A model generated the notes under the pieces. It saw nothing but the letters and a program-made list of their open reading frames with translations, made no database searches and had not been told where the DNA came from. A program made the position numbers and the translations under genes. From Lentimicrobiaceae bacterium (GTDB taxonomy: Bacteria > Bacteroidota > Bacteroidia > Bacteroidales > JAAYJT01): a stretch of DNA of 64,000 nt. Location: contig JBBIKG010000018.1 in assembly GCA_037445555.1 (NCBI GenBank), positions 6,435 to 70,434 on the forward strand, read 5' to 3'. How positions within the stretch are numbered: position 1 is the stretch's first letter; each line of letters starts with the position of its first letter. Positions 1 to 8,415 of the stretch are shown here, piece after piece.

Positions 1-14
1 TTTCTTTTTTATGG

Positions 15-365
15 GTGTTATCGTTAATAATTGGATTCGTACTTGCTGAATTATTGGCTGGTATTGTGTTATGGAAATTGGAAATTTACCGCGGTTTGAT
101 TAATTTTTTCCAAAATACCAACCATTTCCCTGAAGCTTCCATTTTTGCTTTTGCAGGGCTGATTTCAGGCCTTTTACAATTGAGATTATTTAAGCCTTTC
201 TACAAGAAAAGATTTTATTGGATAGTTTCAAGTACATTGGGATGGGGAGTATTCATTTTATCCGCCTATCTGGGTCTGATTGCCCTACTGTTCGGGGCTT
301 TACTTTATGGTGCAGTTACAGGGTTGGCTTTCAGCAGATTATTAGAATGTAAATCCCTGACTTAA
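15..365 (+). CDS. small multi-pass membrane protein, function unknown; reading frame is open to the left window edge so the true start may lie upstream
   Basis: 116-aa ORF made of hydrophobic helices (LIIGFVLAELLAGIVLW, GWGVFILSAYLGLIALLFGALLYGAV). No stop codon lies between position 3 and the GTG at 15. Confidence 0.4.
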   Translation: MLSLIIGFVLAELLAGIVLWKLEIYRGLINFFQNTNHFPEASIFAFAGLISGLLQLRLFKPFYKKRFYWIVSSTLGWGVFILSAYLGLIALLFGALLYGAVTGLAFSRLLECKSLT

Positions 366-1098
366 CATGTGTTGTAACGGAAACTCTGCCCAATACCCTA
401 TCCCGATTACCATGTAGGGTACATGATTTTCATTGTCCCATTTCTTCATAATCCATAGCCTTCGCGCCCAGCCAAGCACATTAAGCCCTTAATTACTGCG
501 GCCCCTGAGCCCGTCGGAGGGCTGAAGCCATGCAGCCCTATAAAAAAATTCACCCCAATCTGAAAAATTTTCACCTCCCGCAAAATTTTGTCGTTTATTT
601 AATCAACATATTTTCCGGTTATTCATTCAGTTTCAGGTTTTAACAGTTTGCTGATTAAATACCGGTGCAATGTTACAGGTATTGTCATCGCCACCTCGGA
701 GCAAGAATCGATTGGGGGTGGAAGAGTGGATAAATATTATCTTATGCCAGCGCCTTACACTCTGAATTGGTACTGAAACTCATTATGGTTATTTTGGGGT
801 TACCGGGTTTTATCTACATCCAACCAAGGTTCATTGATAATTGAGCTACGAATTTTTCTATCAGTCATTTTTGATTTTGCTGGGGTGTCAATCACTCATA
901 CCGTATATAAGATAATTCATGATGCGTTAATCCGGCACTCACGGCAAGGGCAGATGCCTTATATAACCTCTGTCTTAAAAATCTGCCTGAGCAAATGCGG
1001 GCTTATGCAGTTAGTTTTCTTTATAAATTTTCCACCAAAAATTCTATTGCACATTCGCACTCTTTTGCTTATTTTAGCATACTCAGTCAAGCAAGCTT

Positions 1099-3201
1099 AT
1101 GTTAGCCTTCAGAACTAGGATACTCGGCACGAATTTCCTTTTAATCCTCTTGTCGATTGTGCTTGCATTGCCTGTCATTCTGCTGATGCCTGATGCCTTC
1201 AGAAACAGGTATGTAACCGATATTGTAGCGACAGAATCAAAGCTGGAAAAAAGCATCTATTTTTTTGAAGATCTAAATCAAAACGGATTTAGTGAATTAA
1301 TTTTCACTAAAGTTGATTTTGCTGGAGTATATGGAATCTCTATCTATGAAAATGAAAAAGCGATCGAACAATGGAATTTACCGGGAGGTCCTCCGGCAGG
1401 CAAGGTCAGGCTTATGACTGCCGACTGGAGCCAAGATGGAACACACGATGTTTTCGCGTTCAGCATTTCTAATGACTCGCTTTTCATGCATGTTTTCGAT
1501 CCATACAACTATGATAAGAAGCATCTTGTTTTTATTGATAAGGTGAATAAGTTCAATGGCATAAATGATATTTTCATACTCAATGGGGGTGTTCATGATA
1601 TGAACAACGACGGGTATCCCGATCTTGTTTTTGGTATTTGTGCCATGTACAGTGCCTCTCCCCGCAAAGTGCTTATCTACGATATTTTCAACGATAGTTT
1701 AACTTCAACGCCAAACATAGGGGCATATATAAGCAGGCTCATTGTATTTGAAAATCCCGGAACGACGAATAAAAACATTCTGGTTCAGACCAACAGCCAT
1801 TGCAACACTAAACGCGGCAGTGTGATCTTCGACGATCATAGTTGCTGGCTGATGGTGCTCGATCCTAACCTGGAATTTGTCATTGACCCGGTTGAGTTTC
1901 CCGGTCCTTTCAGTGCACTCACCATCTGGCCATGGAGGCAAGACGATGAATTTTGTTTCATTGCAACGCATCGCATTTATAGCGAACAAGAAGAAAAAAG
2001 CGCACATTACATGATTCGCCCTGATGGATCTTTTATCACCCGGATACCAAGTTATTCTGAAAATCAAAAATTGCATCTTCAAATTCATGTAATTGATTGC
2101 AGGGGTAAACCTAAAGCGTTTCTTTTTAATAAGAAAGGAGAATTATTTGAGATCCTACACGATTTAAGCCCTGGCCGAAAAATAGCCGGGGGAGTAGTAA
2201 TTTATAATAGCTCTTCTATTGATGCAGACCTGGATGGACAAAATGAAATTATTTTGAGCAATACATCGAATAATGTTCTGCTTATCTATCAGGACTTCGA
2301 TGCCAAACCGGTTTCACTTCCGCTCACGGAGACTTTCAATGATCATTTAATGATAAGCCTTGAACGAAGAGGGGCGGATCATCCATGGCTGAGAGTCAAT
2401 ACACAAAACCTGGTATATGCCATTGAATACAGAAAGAACGAATATTACCCACTCCGTTATCTCTATTTGGCGGGGGCAGTCCTTCTTTCCATCCTCATCG
2501 TTTTAGTAATAAAGGTGCTTAGCACCAGGCGGATGGAAAACTCATTCCGCTTGCAGCGCGAGCTCTCCAATCTGCAGATCAGCAACGTTTTGAACCAGCT
2601 CGATCCGCATTTTACCTTCAATGCGCTGAACTCGATCGGGTCATCGATCATCACCGGGGTGAGGGAGGAGGCTTACCAGCAGCTGCTGCGTTTTTCGGCA
2701 TTGCTGCGGGCCAGCCTTTCCGATGCTGATTCGGTAGCCCGCCCACTCAAAAAGGAGTTGGAGATCACGCACAGCTACCTCGAGCTGCAGAAGAGTTCCT
2801 ATCCCGGCCGCTTCAATTACCAGTTGACCGTGGGCGAAGGGGTAAACCCCGAAACGCCCATTCCCAGGATGCTGTTGCAGAACCATTGCGAAAACGCCCT
2901 CAAGCACGGTATCCTGCCCGGAGATAAACCCGGCATGCTGAACATTTCCGTTGAAAGCGACAGAAAGTATCTGAAACTGGTGGTGGAAGATAACGGCATA
3001 GGCCGTCAGAAATCGGGAAAATTTGCTTCGCAGGGCACGGGTAAAGGGCTTCAACTTTTCGGCCGGTATTTTGAGGTACTGAACCGGCAAAACCGGGATA
3101 AAATCGAGCAAACTGTCATAGATTTGCATGATGCACAGGGTCACCCCACTGGAACGCGGGTCATGATTTTAATCCCAACCGATTACAGATACTATTGGTA
3201 A
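1099..3201 (+). CDS. membrane sensor histidine kinase, LytS/YehU-type (His_kinase + HATPase_c), with a large extracytoplasmic FG-GAP-like repeat domain
   Basis: N-terminal TM helix, about 420 aa carrying four DxNxDGxxD/E motifs (DLNQNGFSE, DWSQDGTHD, DMNNDGYPD, DADLDGQNE), then a second TM helix. This is followed by the LytS-type phosphoacceptor motif LNQLDPHFTFNALNSIGS and an ATPase N-box (NHCENALKHG) and G-box (GTGKGL). Confidence 0.85.
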   Translation: MLAFRTRILGTNFLLILLSIVLALPVILLMPDAFRNRYVTDIVATESKLEKSIYFFEDLNQNGFSELIFTKVDFAGVYGISIYENEKAIEQWNLPGGPPAGKVRLMTADWSQDGTHDVFAFSISNDSLFMHVFDPYNYDKKHLVFIDKVNKFNGINDIFILNGGVHDMNNDGYPDLVFGICAMYSASPRKVLIYDIFNDSLTSTPNIGAYISRLIVFENPGTTNKNILVQTNSHCNTKRGSVIFDDHSCWLMVLDPNLEFVIDPVEFPGPFSALTIWPWRQDDEFCFIATHRIYSEQEEKSAHYMIRPDGSFITRIPSYSENQKLHLQIHVIDCRGKPKAFLFNKKGELFEILHDLSPGRKIAGGVVIYNSSSIDADLDGQNEIILSNTSNNVLLIYQDFDAKPVSLPLTETFNDHLMISLERRGADHPWLRVNTQNLVYAIEYRKNEYYPLRYLYLAGAVLLSILIVLVIKVLSTRRMENSFRLQRELSNLQISNVLNQLDPHFTFNALNSIGSSIITGVREEAYQQLLRFSALLRASLSDADSVARPLKKELEITHSYLELQKSSYPGRFNYQLTVGEGVNPETPIPRMLLQNHCENALKHGILPGDKPGMLNISVESDRKYLKLVVEDNGIGRQKSGKFASQGTGKGLQLFGRYFEVLNRQNRDKIEQTVIDLHDAQGHPTGTRVMILIPTDYRYYW

Positions 3202-3275
3202 GGTCAATGGTGTTTATGGAGGTATTCAGGGGTGGCCTCATGATGACCTCCTCCCAATAATCAGGAGTTTATTAC

Positions 3276-4076
3276 ATGGATAAAAAGCAAACACAGCACA
3301 TAGTAAGAGAAGCCTACGGCAAAATTGCCCAAAAGCAAGAAGGTTGCGGGTGCGGCACCTGTGAACCCAATGTCAATGAATTTACCAGGTCTGTTGGCTA
3401 TTCGGAAGAGGAACTGAAAGCTATTCCAGCCGAAGCTAATCTGGCTCTTGGTTGCGGAAACCCGACAGCCTTAGCCAGCCTCAGGGAAGGCGAGATTGTG
3501 CTTGATCTTGGTTCAGGTGCCGGGTTTGATTGCTTTTTGGCTGCAACCAGGGTTGGGCCTGGTGGTAGAGTCATTGGCGTAGATATGACACCCGAAATGG
3601 TTCAAAAGGCAAAATGGAATGCAAAAAAGTACAAGATTGAAAATGTTGAGTTTAGACTCGGGGAGATCGAAAACTTACCTGTAGCAGATGGCTCAGTGGC
3701 TGTGGTGATAAGTAACTGCGTCATCAATTTATCAGCTGATAAGCCAAAGGTATTTCGTGAGGTCAATAGAGTTTTAATACCGGGTGGTAGAATAGCAATT
3801 TCTGATATTGCCCTCCTCAAAGAACTCCCTGAGACGATCCAGGAAAGCATTGAAGCCTATGTGGGTTGTGTTGGAGGAGCAATGCGCATAGATGAATATA
3901 AAAAGATTGTTGAAGCCTCCGGGTTGAAGGATGTAAAAATTACGATAAAGGGTTCTTCTCTCTGCATAAATCCCAATACAAAAGATCCCATAGGCAAAGC
4001 CATCATAGATGGGTTAGGCAAAAATGAATCACTCGACGAATATGTGGTAAGCGTGTATGTGGAAGGTCACAAATGA
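3276..4076 (+). CDS. arsM: arsenite S-adenosylmethionine methyltransferase
   Basis: Cysteine cluster near the N-terminus (CGCGTC), then LGCGNPTALASLREGEIVLDLGSGAGFDCF (SAM motif I) and VISNCVINLSADK. Collinear with ArsM family proteins as I remember them. Confidence 0.85.
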   Translation: MDKKQTQHIVREAYGKIAQKQEGCGCGTCEPNVNEFTRSVGYSEEELKAIPAEANLALGCGNPTALASLREGEIVLDLGSGAGFDCFLAATRVGPGGRVIGVDMTPEMVQKAKWNAKKYKIENVEFRLGEIENLPVADGSVAVVISNCVINLSADKPKVFREVNRVLIPGGRIAISDIALLKELPETIQESIEAYVGCVGGAMRIDEYKKIVEASGLKDVKITIKGSSLCINPNTKDPIGKAIIDGLGKNESLDEYVVSVYVEGHK

Positions 4077-4258
4077 GAAATATTGAAGCCCATACTTGCC
4101 GGCTTTCCTTCGCTTTGCCCGGCCTGTGCGGTCGCACCCGGCTAGGGGTGGGCAAAAGTGGATCATGGATTTCGACGGATTATCTTAGGCAACTTCTTCC
4201 ATCCGCAAAATATGTGGCATTAAAAATAGCGAGCCCGTAAGCAAATTATTAACTGAAA

Positions 4259-4447
4259 ATGACAGAGATGAAAAATATTAACACGCGTTACGTTATTCAC
4301 GCACTAATTTTAGTTTGTGCTATAATTCTTATGATCGGGGGGATCATTACCGGCAAGCATGGTGCAACCATTGTTGGAATGATAGTTGCAGGAGTGAACG
4401 TTCAACAATGGATACAGTGGAACAAAAAGAAAGAAAGTAATGATTAA
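4259..4447 (+). CDS. small two-helix membrane protein, unknown function
   Basis: 62-aa ORF with two hydrophobic helices and a lysine-rich tail. Lies in an AT-rich stretch. Confidence 0.4.
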   Translation: MTEMKNINTRYVIHALILVCAIILMIGGIITGKHGATIVGMIVAGVNVQQWIQWNKKKESND

Positions 4448-4549
4448 TCCCAACAAGATTATCCGAATAATTGTGTGAGCAATATCAATATTTCACTTTC
4501 TTTTATAAGTTCGATGAATCAAAGAATTATAACTTAATTACCTTTAACA

Positions 4550-4981
4550 ATGTTAGATAAAAACAGAATATATGTAATTGATAATAAAAGAATATCATAT
4601 TTTCTGATTTTTGTATTTATGTTTATCATTACCGAAATTGGCCGAAAAATATACAGACCTTTTATCTATTCAAATGAAATATTTGATTATTGGATCGCAG
4701 ACACAATTGGAAACTTTACCGGAACCATTGCGATCATTTTCTTTGATCTTGCCGGCTTCAATCCAATACATAAACAGGGAAGAATATTTTTACTCATAAT
4801 CACTCTTGGCCTGATAGTTTATGAGCTTTTACAATATTTCTCCCCAAGGAGCATTCTGGACTGGAGGGACATAATTGCAACAATAATTGCAGGATTGATT
4901 TCATGGGGCATGTATGAATTGCTATTTAAAAAACTGAAGGAAAAAGAAATAACACCACATAACAGCACCACCGCCCAGTAA
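4550..4981 (+). CDS. four-helix membrane protein, possibly VanZ-like
   Basis: 143 aa with four predicted TM helices. The D/N/G spacing (DTIGNFTG ... DWRDIIATIIAG) is reminiscent of the VanZ family. Assignment is tentative. Confidence 0.45.
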   Translation: MLDKNRIYVIDNKRISYFLIFVFMFIITEIGRKIYRPFIYSNEIFDYWIADTIGNFTGTIAIIFFDLAGFNPIHKQGRIFLLIITLGLIVYELLQYFSPRSILDWRDIIATIIAGLISWGMYELLFKKLKEKEITPHNSTTAQ

Positions 4982-5119
4982 ACGATGATAATGCAACTCG
5001 AAACAGTAAAGGCCGCAGGACCATTGTTCCGGGTGAAAATTTTCGGCCTGCAAAACTGCTGCCGGGCAAAGCAGCAACACATAAAGTAGCCTATCGGACG
5101 CCAATACCTCTATAACTAT

Positions 5120-5623
5120 ATGAAAAGTCTCGTCAACGTTAAAAATATATTATTGCTTGCCGGCTTGTTTTTCATATTATCCTGTGAGAAACCCGATATC
5201 GCGGATGATCCCGTGCTGGTTGAGCAACTTATGGTCAAATCATCGGATACGATACAAACTGATTCGCATAAGTATTTTCTCGAAACTGAACTTAGTCGCA
5301 ACTTAATGCCCGGGGGGCCTGTTGCAGGAAGAAGAAAACTGGTTGCATATATCACAATGGTCAATGCTGACCGCCTGCCTGTTTCTCCATATATATCAAT
5401 AGCAAAGCTTTATGTAATAAATAAAACAACCATCTGGACTTCTGTACCACAAAAATCCAGTTCATTAAATATTCCTGACTATAAGTTTCCCACAGTAAGT
5501 ACAGGCGGACCAGAATGGCAAATTGATATTTACGTGGATGTTGTAGCTGAGGTTTTTAATGACCAAACAAAGCAGAAAATCCTTATAAAAATACTAAACC
5601 AAAAAATTGAGGCATTGTATTAA
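5120..5623 (+). CDS. lipoprotein, unknown function
   Basis: Signal peptide ending in the lipobox FFILSC, then a 145-aa soluble part with no recognised motif. Confidence 0.55.
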   Translation: MKSLVNVKNILLLAGLFFILSCEKPDIADDPVLVEQLMVKSSDTIQTDSHKYFLETELSRNLMPGGPVAGRRKLVAYITMVNADRLPVSPYISIAKLYVINKTTIWTSVPQKSSSLNIPDYKFPTVSTGGPEWQIDIYVDVVAEVFNDQTKQKILIKILNQKIEALY

Positions 5624-5999
5624 TAAAGCTAAAGTACCCTGAAAGGTAGTCCAAAAACAAAATCCAGATATTTGTCCCCGGCAGTTTTTGTACCTTGATT
5701 TTCCATGCGAGGTTGAAGCACGGTGAACCAGCCTTTTTCAGTTTCGCAGTATGCATCCGTAGCACATCGTTTCACCCCACCACCGCTCGTCTTAAGTACA
5801 ATACGTAGTAGCCCTGACCGCGACCAGGCCCTCAGAATATTATAATATTTCCGTTTTTATCCTTATCCGTGGCAATCAAAAACGGGTTTCAATTGTTAAA
5901 GAGAAATGAAACTCTCATCTTGTAATATATTAATCAAAAACAAGTATTGAACTACCGGATTACCAATATTAACCTTCCGATACCAAAACCTAATGGCCT

Positions 6000-7232
6000 A
6001 TGAGCGAACTGATTAACAATTCCGACGACCGTAAAAGAAAACTCAAGGAACTTATCCTTAAGCTCCACCAGGGGCATTCAGAATCAGAGATCCGCAGCGA
6101 ACTCATGAAAACACTCCTGCAGATACCCTACGGTGAAGTTGTAGAAGTAGAGCAGGAGCTGATCCACGAAGGGCTGCCTGAGCAGGAAGTGTTGCGCCTT
6201 TGCGACGTACACGCATCCGTCCTCCAAGGCAATGTCGACCTCTCGGCAGCAGCACATATCCCCGACGGGCACCCGGTTGACGTATTTCTGAAAGAAAATA
6301 ATGAATTGCGAAACCTCACCGACCAGATCAGATCCCTCATTCAGGTTATGTCTGCAAGCGATAAAAACGTGGTTCAAACTGAAATCCTTCACCTCCGTGG
6401 CTTGTTCAATGCCCTATTCGATGTCGACAAACACTACAAACGCAAAGAATACCTCCTTTTCCCGTTTCTCGAGCAACATGGTATTACAGGGCCTCCCAAG
6501 GTAATGTGGGGAAAACACGACGAAATCCGCGAATTGATCAAAGGAGCCATCGAACTCCTGCAAGCCGAACTCATCTCAGCCGACGAGCTTAAGGCATCCG
6601 CCCAGATCATACTACTGCCTGCCATTCAGCAGGTGGCCGATATGGTCTACAAAGAAGAAGAAATTCTCTTACCTATGGCTATGGATAAGATTACCAGCGC
6701 AGAGTGGTTCGAGATCGAAAAGCAATCCGTCGAAATCGGATTCTGTCTCTATGATCCCCCAAAACCCTGGATACCCGAAGGGCATTCTGAATATTCCCCC
6801 TCAGAAGTCAATAAGGTAACAGGCCATATACAGCTGCCATCGGGCAATTTCTCTGTCGAAGAACTAATGGCCATTCTGAATAACCTGCCAATTGACTTAA
6901 CCTTCGTTGACAAACACGATAAGGTCAGATACTTTTCGCAAGGCCGCGAACGAATTTTCAGTCGCAACCGTGCCATCCTCAATCGCGACGTGCGGCTGTG
7001 CCACCCCCCGGCCAGTGCCCACATCGTCGATAAAATAATCAACGATTTCCGAACCGGCAAAGAAGACCGCGCCCCGTTCTGGATCAATATGGGTGGAAGA
7101 ATGATCCATATCGAATATTTCGCGCTGCGGAACGATCAAGGCGAATACCTCGGAACCCTCGAAGTGTCCCAGAACATCCAGACCTACCGCGAACTCGTAG
7201 GCGAACAACGAATCTTATCCTATGCAAAGTAA
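6000..7232 (+). CDS. DUF438 domain protein (hemerythrin-like N-terminal region plus C-terminal PAS-like domain)
   Basis: 410 aa. Helical His/Glu-rich N-terminal half (HASVLQG, HPVDVF, HYKRKEYLLFPFLEQHGI, WGKHDEIRE). C-terminal DLTFVDKHDKVRYFS ... CHPPAS ... is typical of DUF438/PAS proteins. Confidence 0.8.
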   Translation: MSELINNSDDRKRKLKELILKLHQGHSESEIRSELMKTLLQIPYGEVVEVEQELIHEGLPEQEVLRLCDVHASVLQGNVDLSAAAHIPDGHPVDVFLKENNELRNLTDQIRSLIQVMSASDKNVVQTEILHLRGLFNALFDVDKHYKRKEYLLFPFLEQHGITGPPKVMWGKHDEIRELIKGAIELLQAELISADELKASAQIILLPAIQQVADMVYKEEEILLPMAMDKITSAEWFEIEKQSVEIGFCLYDPPKPWIPEGHSEYSPSEVNKVTGHIQLPSGNFSVEELMAILNNLPIDLTFVDKHDKVRYFSQGRERIFSRNRAILNRDVRLCHPPASAHIVDKIINDFRTGKEDRAPFWINMGGRMIHIEYFALRNDQGEYLGTLEVSQNIQTYRELVGEQRILSYAK

Positions 7233-7238
7233 TAAACC

Positions 7239-7766
7239 ATGGGAAATAGCAAATTGATTATCAGCCCAAAAACCAAAGTGATGCAGCTCATCGAGGCATA
7301 TCCCCAACTCGAAGAAGGGCTCATTAGCTATGTGCCCGCTTTTAGCAAACTCAAAAATCCACTTCTCCGAAAAACAGTAGCCAAAATAGCTACCCTGCAA
7401 CAAGCTGCCGTAATCGGTAACGTAAAGGTGGAGGACTTAATCAATCATCTTAGAAAAAGAGTGAATCAGGAGCCCTTTCAGGAAGCCGACTCCCTCCCAT
7501 ACAACAGGGTGCAACCTTCCTGGTTTGATACCTCGCTGATAAAAACCGAATTGGATATCGCTAAAATGTTGAACGAAGGCGAGCATCCTGTAAATCTGGT
7601 AATTACTTACCTAAATCAAATCAGCCCTGACGAAATTTATAAAATCACCGCTCCATTCCTTCCTGCACCTTTGATTGATAAGTCGCTCAGCCTAAATATC
7701 GATCACTGGATTGATCAGGTCTCTGACGAGTTGTTTGTCATCTACTTCAAGAGAAGGTATGATTAA
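7239..7766 (+). CDS. DUF1858 (ScdA/RIC N-terminal-like) domain protein
   Basis: Starts 7 nt after the DUF438 stop. The N-terminus ISPKTKVMQLIEAYPQLEEGLISYVPAFSKLKNPLLRKTVAKIATLQQAA matches the DUF1858 pattern. Confidence 0.75.
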   Translation: MGNSKLIISPKTKVMQLIEAYPQLEEGLISYVPAFSKLKNPLLRKTVAKIATLQQAAVIGNVKVEDLINHLRKRVNQEPFQEADSLPYNRVQPSWFDTSLIKTELDIAKMLNEGEHPVNLVITYLNQISPDEIYKITAPFLPAPLIDKSLSLNIDHWIDQVSDELFVIYFKRRYD

Positions 7767-7815
7767 GCGGCCCGGCTCCCTATTTCAACGACGCCCCCGA
7801 ACCTAAAGCCTTTTT

Positions 7816-7837
7816 GGGATTACCTGCGGTGATCCCT
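7816..7837. repeat. 22-nt repeat copy a (gggattacctgcggtgatccct), self-complementary (9-bp stem)
   Basis: Recurs at 7992-8013 with one mismatch. Both copies are followed by a G-rich run (ggagggggtt / aaaggggggaggtt). Confidence 0.7.
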
Positions 7838-7980
7838 GGAGGGGGTTGGCTTCATTGCCAGAAAAAGCCAGGACCCTGCGTATTCATGGTTTTTCTATTT
7901 CCAGGCTTCCATACACGCACGCATACCGAAGCGTCCGGAAATAAAAAACCAGTGCGTTGCACCGCCTTTTCGTGGCCTTG

Positions 7981-7997
7981 GCGGAGAGAGAGGGATT
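7981..7997 (-). repeat. 17-nt direct duplication of the 3' end of tRNA-Ser (gcggagagagagggatt); preceded by tgg, which reads CCA on the tRNA strand
   Basis: Identical 17-mer at 8145-8161, inside and at the end of the tRNA-Ser gene. This copy lacks the rest of the T-arm. Confidence 0.8.
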
Positions 7998-8013
7998 ACC
8001 TGCAGTGATCCCT
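7992..8013. repeat. 22-nt repeat copy b (gggattacctgcagtgatccct)
   Basis: See copy a. This copy overlaps the duplicated tRNA 3' end by 6 nt. Confidence 0.7.
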
Positions 8014-8027
8014 AAAGGGGGGAGGTT

Positions 8028-8145
8028 CAGACAAAGGTTCAGTAGCTGCGCTCCCATAATTTTCATTTTTTCGTTCTTCAGTCAAACTGCGTTTACTGAA
8101 GCTCTCAAAACGAAAATTCCCGCTCATTGCGGGAACCTTTGTCTG
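8028..8145 (-). repeat. 118-bp module bounded by perfect 13-bp inverted repeats (cagacaaaggttc / gaacctttgtctg), abutting the tRNA-Ser 3' end
   Basis: Inverted-repeat arms at 8028-8040 and 8133-8145. The interior holds two hairpins (8076-8101 with a 7-bp stem; 8117-8135 with a 7-bp stem plus a U-tract). Confidence 0.65.
8107..8135 (-). terminator. rho-independent terminator downstream of tRNA-Ser
   Basis: Minus strand reads ttcccgc-aatga-gcgggaa followed by ttttcgtttt, beginning 11 nt after the tRNA 3' end. Confidence 0.55.
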
Positions 8146-8230
8146 CGGAGAGAGAGGGATTCGAACCCCCGGAGGTGTTACCCTCAACGGTTTTCAAGAC
8201 CGCCGCAATCGACCGCTCTGCCATCTCTCC
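8146..8230 (-). tRNA. tRNA-Ser (anticodon UGA), class II with long variable arm; CCA not encoded
   Basis: Minus strand reads GGAGAGATGGCAGAGCGGTCGATTGCGGCGGTCTTGAAAACCGTTGAGGGTAACACCTCCGGGGGTTCGAATCCCTCTCTCTCCG. It has a 7-bp acceptor stem, anticodon loop CT-TGA-AA, a long extra arm, and T-loop GGTTCGAATCC. Confidence 0.9.
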
Positions 8231-8415
8231 GCTGCAAAAATAGCAAAAAACCGTTTACCCGAATAGTTCTCTCAAAAATTCACCCACATCGCGTCCCCCA
8301 GCCTGCCACACTGCACCTCCCCCGAAATAGCAGCACTCCGGCACACGGGTATCTTTCTCTACTCATGCTTGCAAATTCAACGATTGGGCGTACATTTGCC
8401 TTAAAAGCATACCGC

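Noticed and set aside
834-1118. 94-aa ORF in the spacer upstream of the histidine kinase
   Set aside because: It has no recognisable motif, overlaps the kinase start, and its composition is that of AT-rich spacer read-through. The 730-bp spacer (366-1098) has a few short GC-rich palindromes, but I could not defend any of them as an RNA gene.
2641-3144. Long antisense ORFs inside well-supported genes: 2641..3144(-), 27688..28257(-), 39974..40711(+), 47915..48487(+), 52544..53194(-), 55539..56249(+), 10887..11804(+) and similar
   Set aside because: Each lies entirely within, and opposite to, a gene with strong family motifs. Their sequences are low-complexity and Arg/Gly/His-rich, as expected from shadow frames of coding DNA.
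4077-4258. GC-rich palindromic patch after arsM (ttgccc...gggcaa, gtgc-ggtc-gcac) as a terminator or small RNA
   Set aside because: The stems are short or interrupted, and no U-tract follows. The evidence is not sufficient to call a feature.
8145-8161. GA-rich low-complexity run (ggagagagagagg) as a simple-sequence repeat or CRISPR-like repeat
   Set aside because: It is the acceptor/T-stem of tRNA-Ser and its 17-nt duplicate. There is no spacer-repeat periodicity, and no cas genes are present anywhere in the window.
7957-8415. N-terminal 153 codons of the 451-aa track ORF (7957..9312)
   Set aside because: This part of the frame runs straight through the tRNA-Ser gene and its repeat region, and it has Arg/Pro/Ser-rich nonsense composition. 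The acyltransferase homology only begins near the ATG at 8416.
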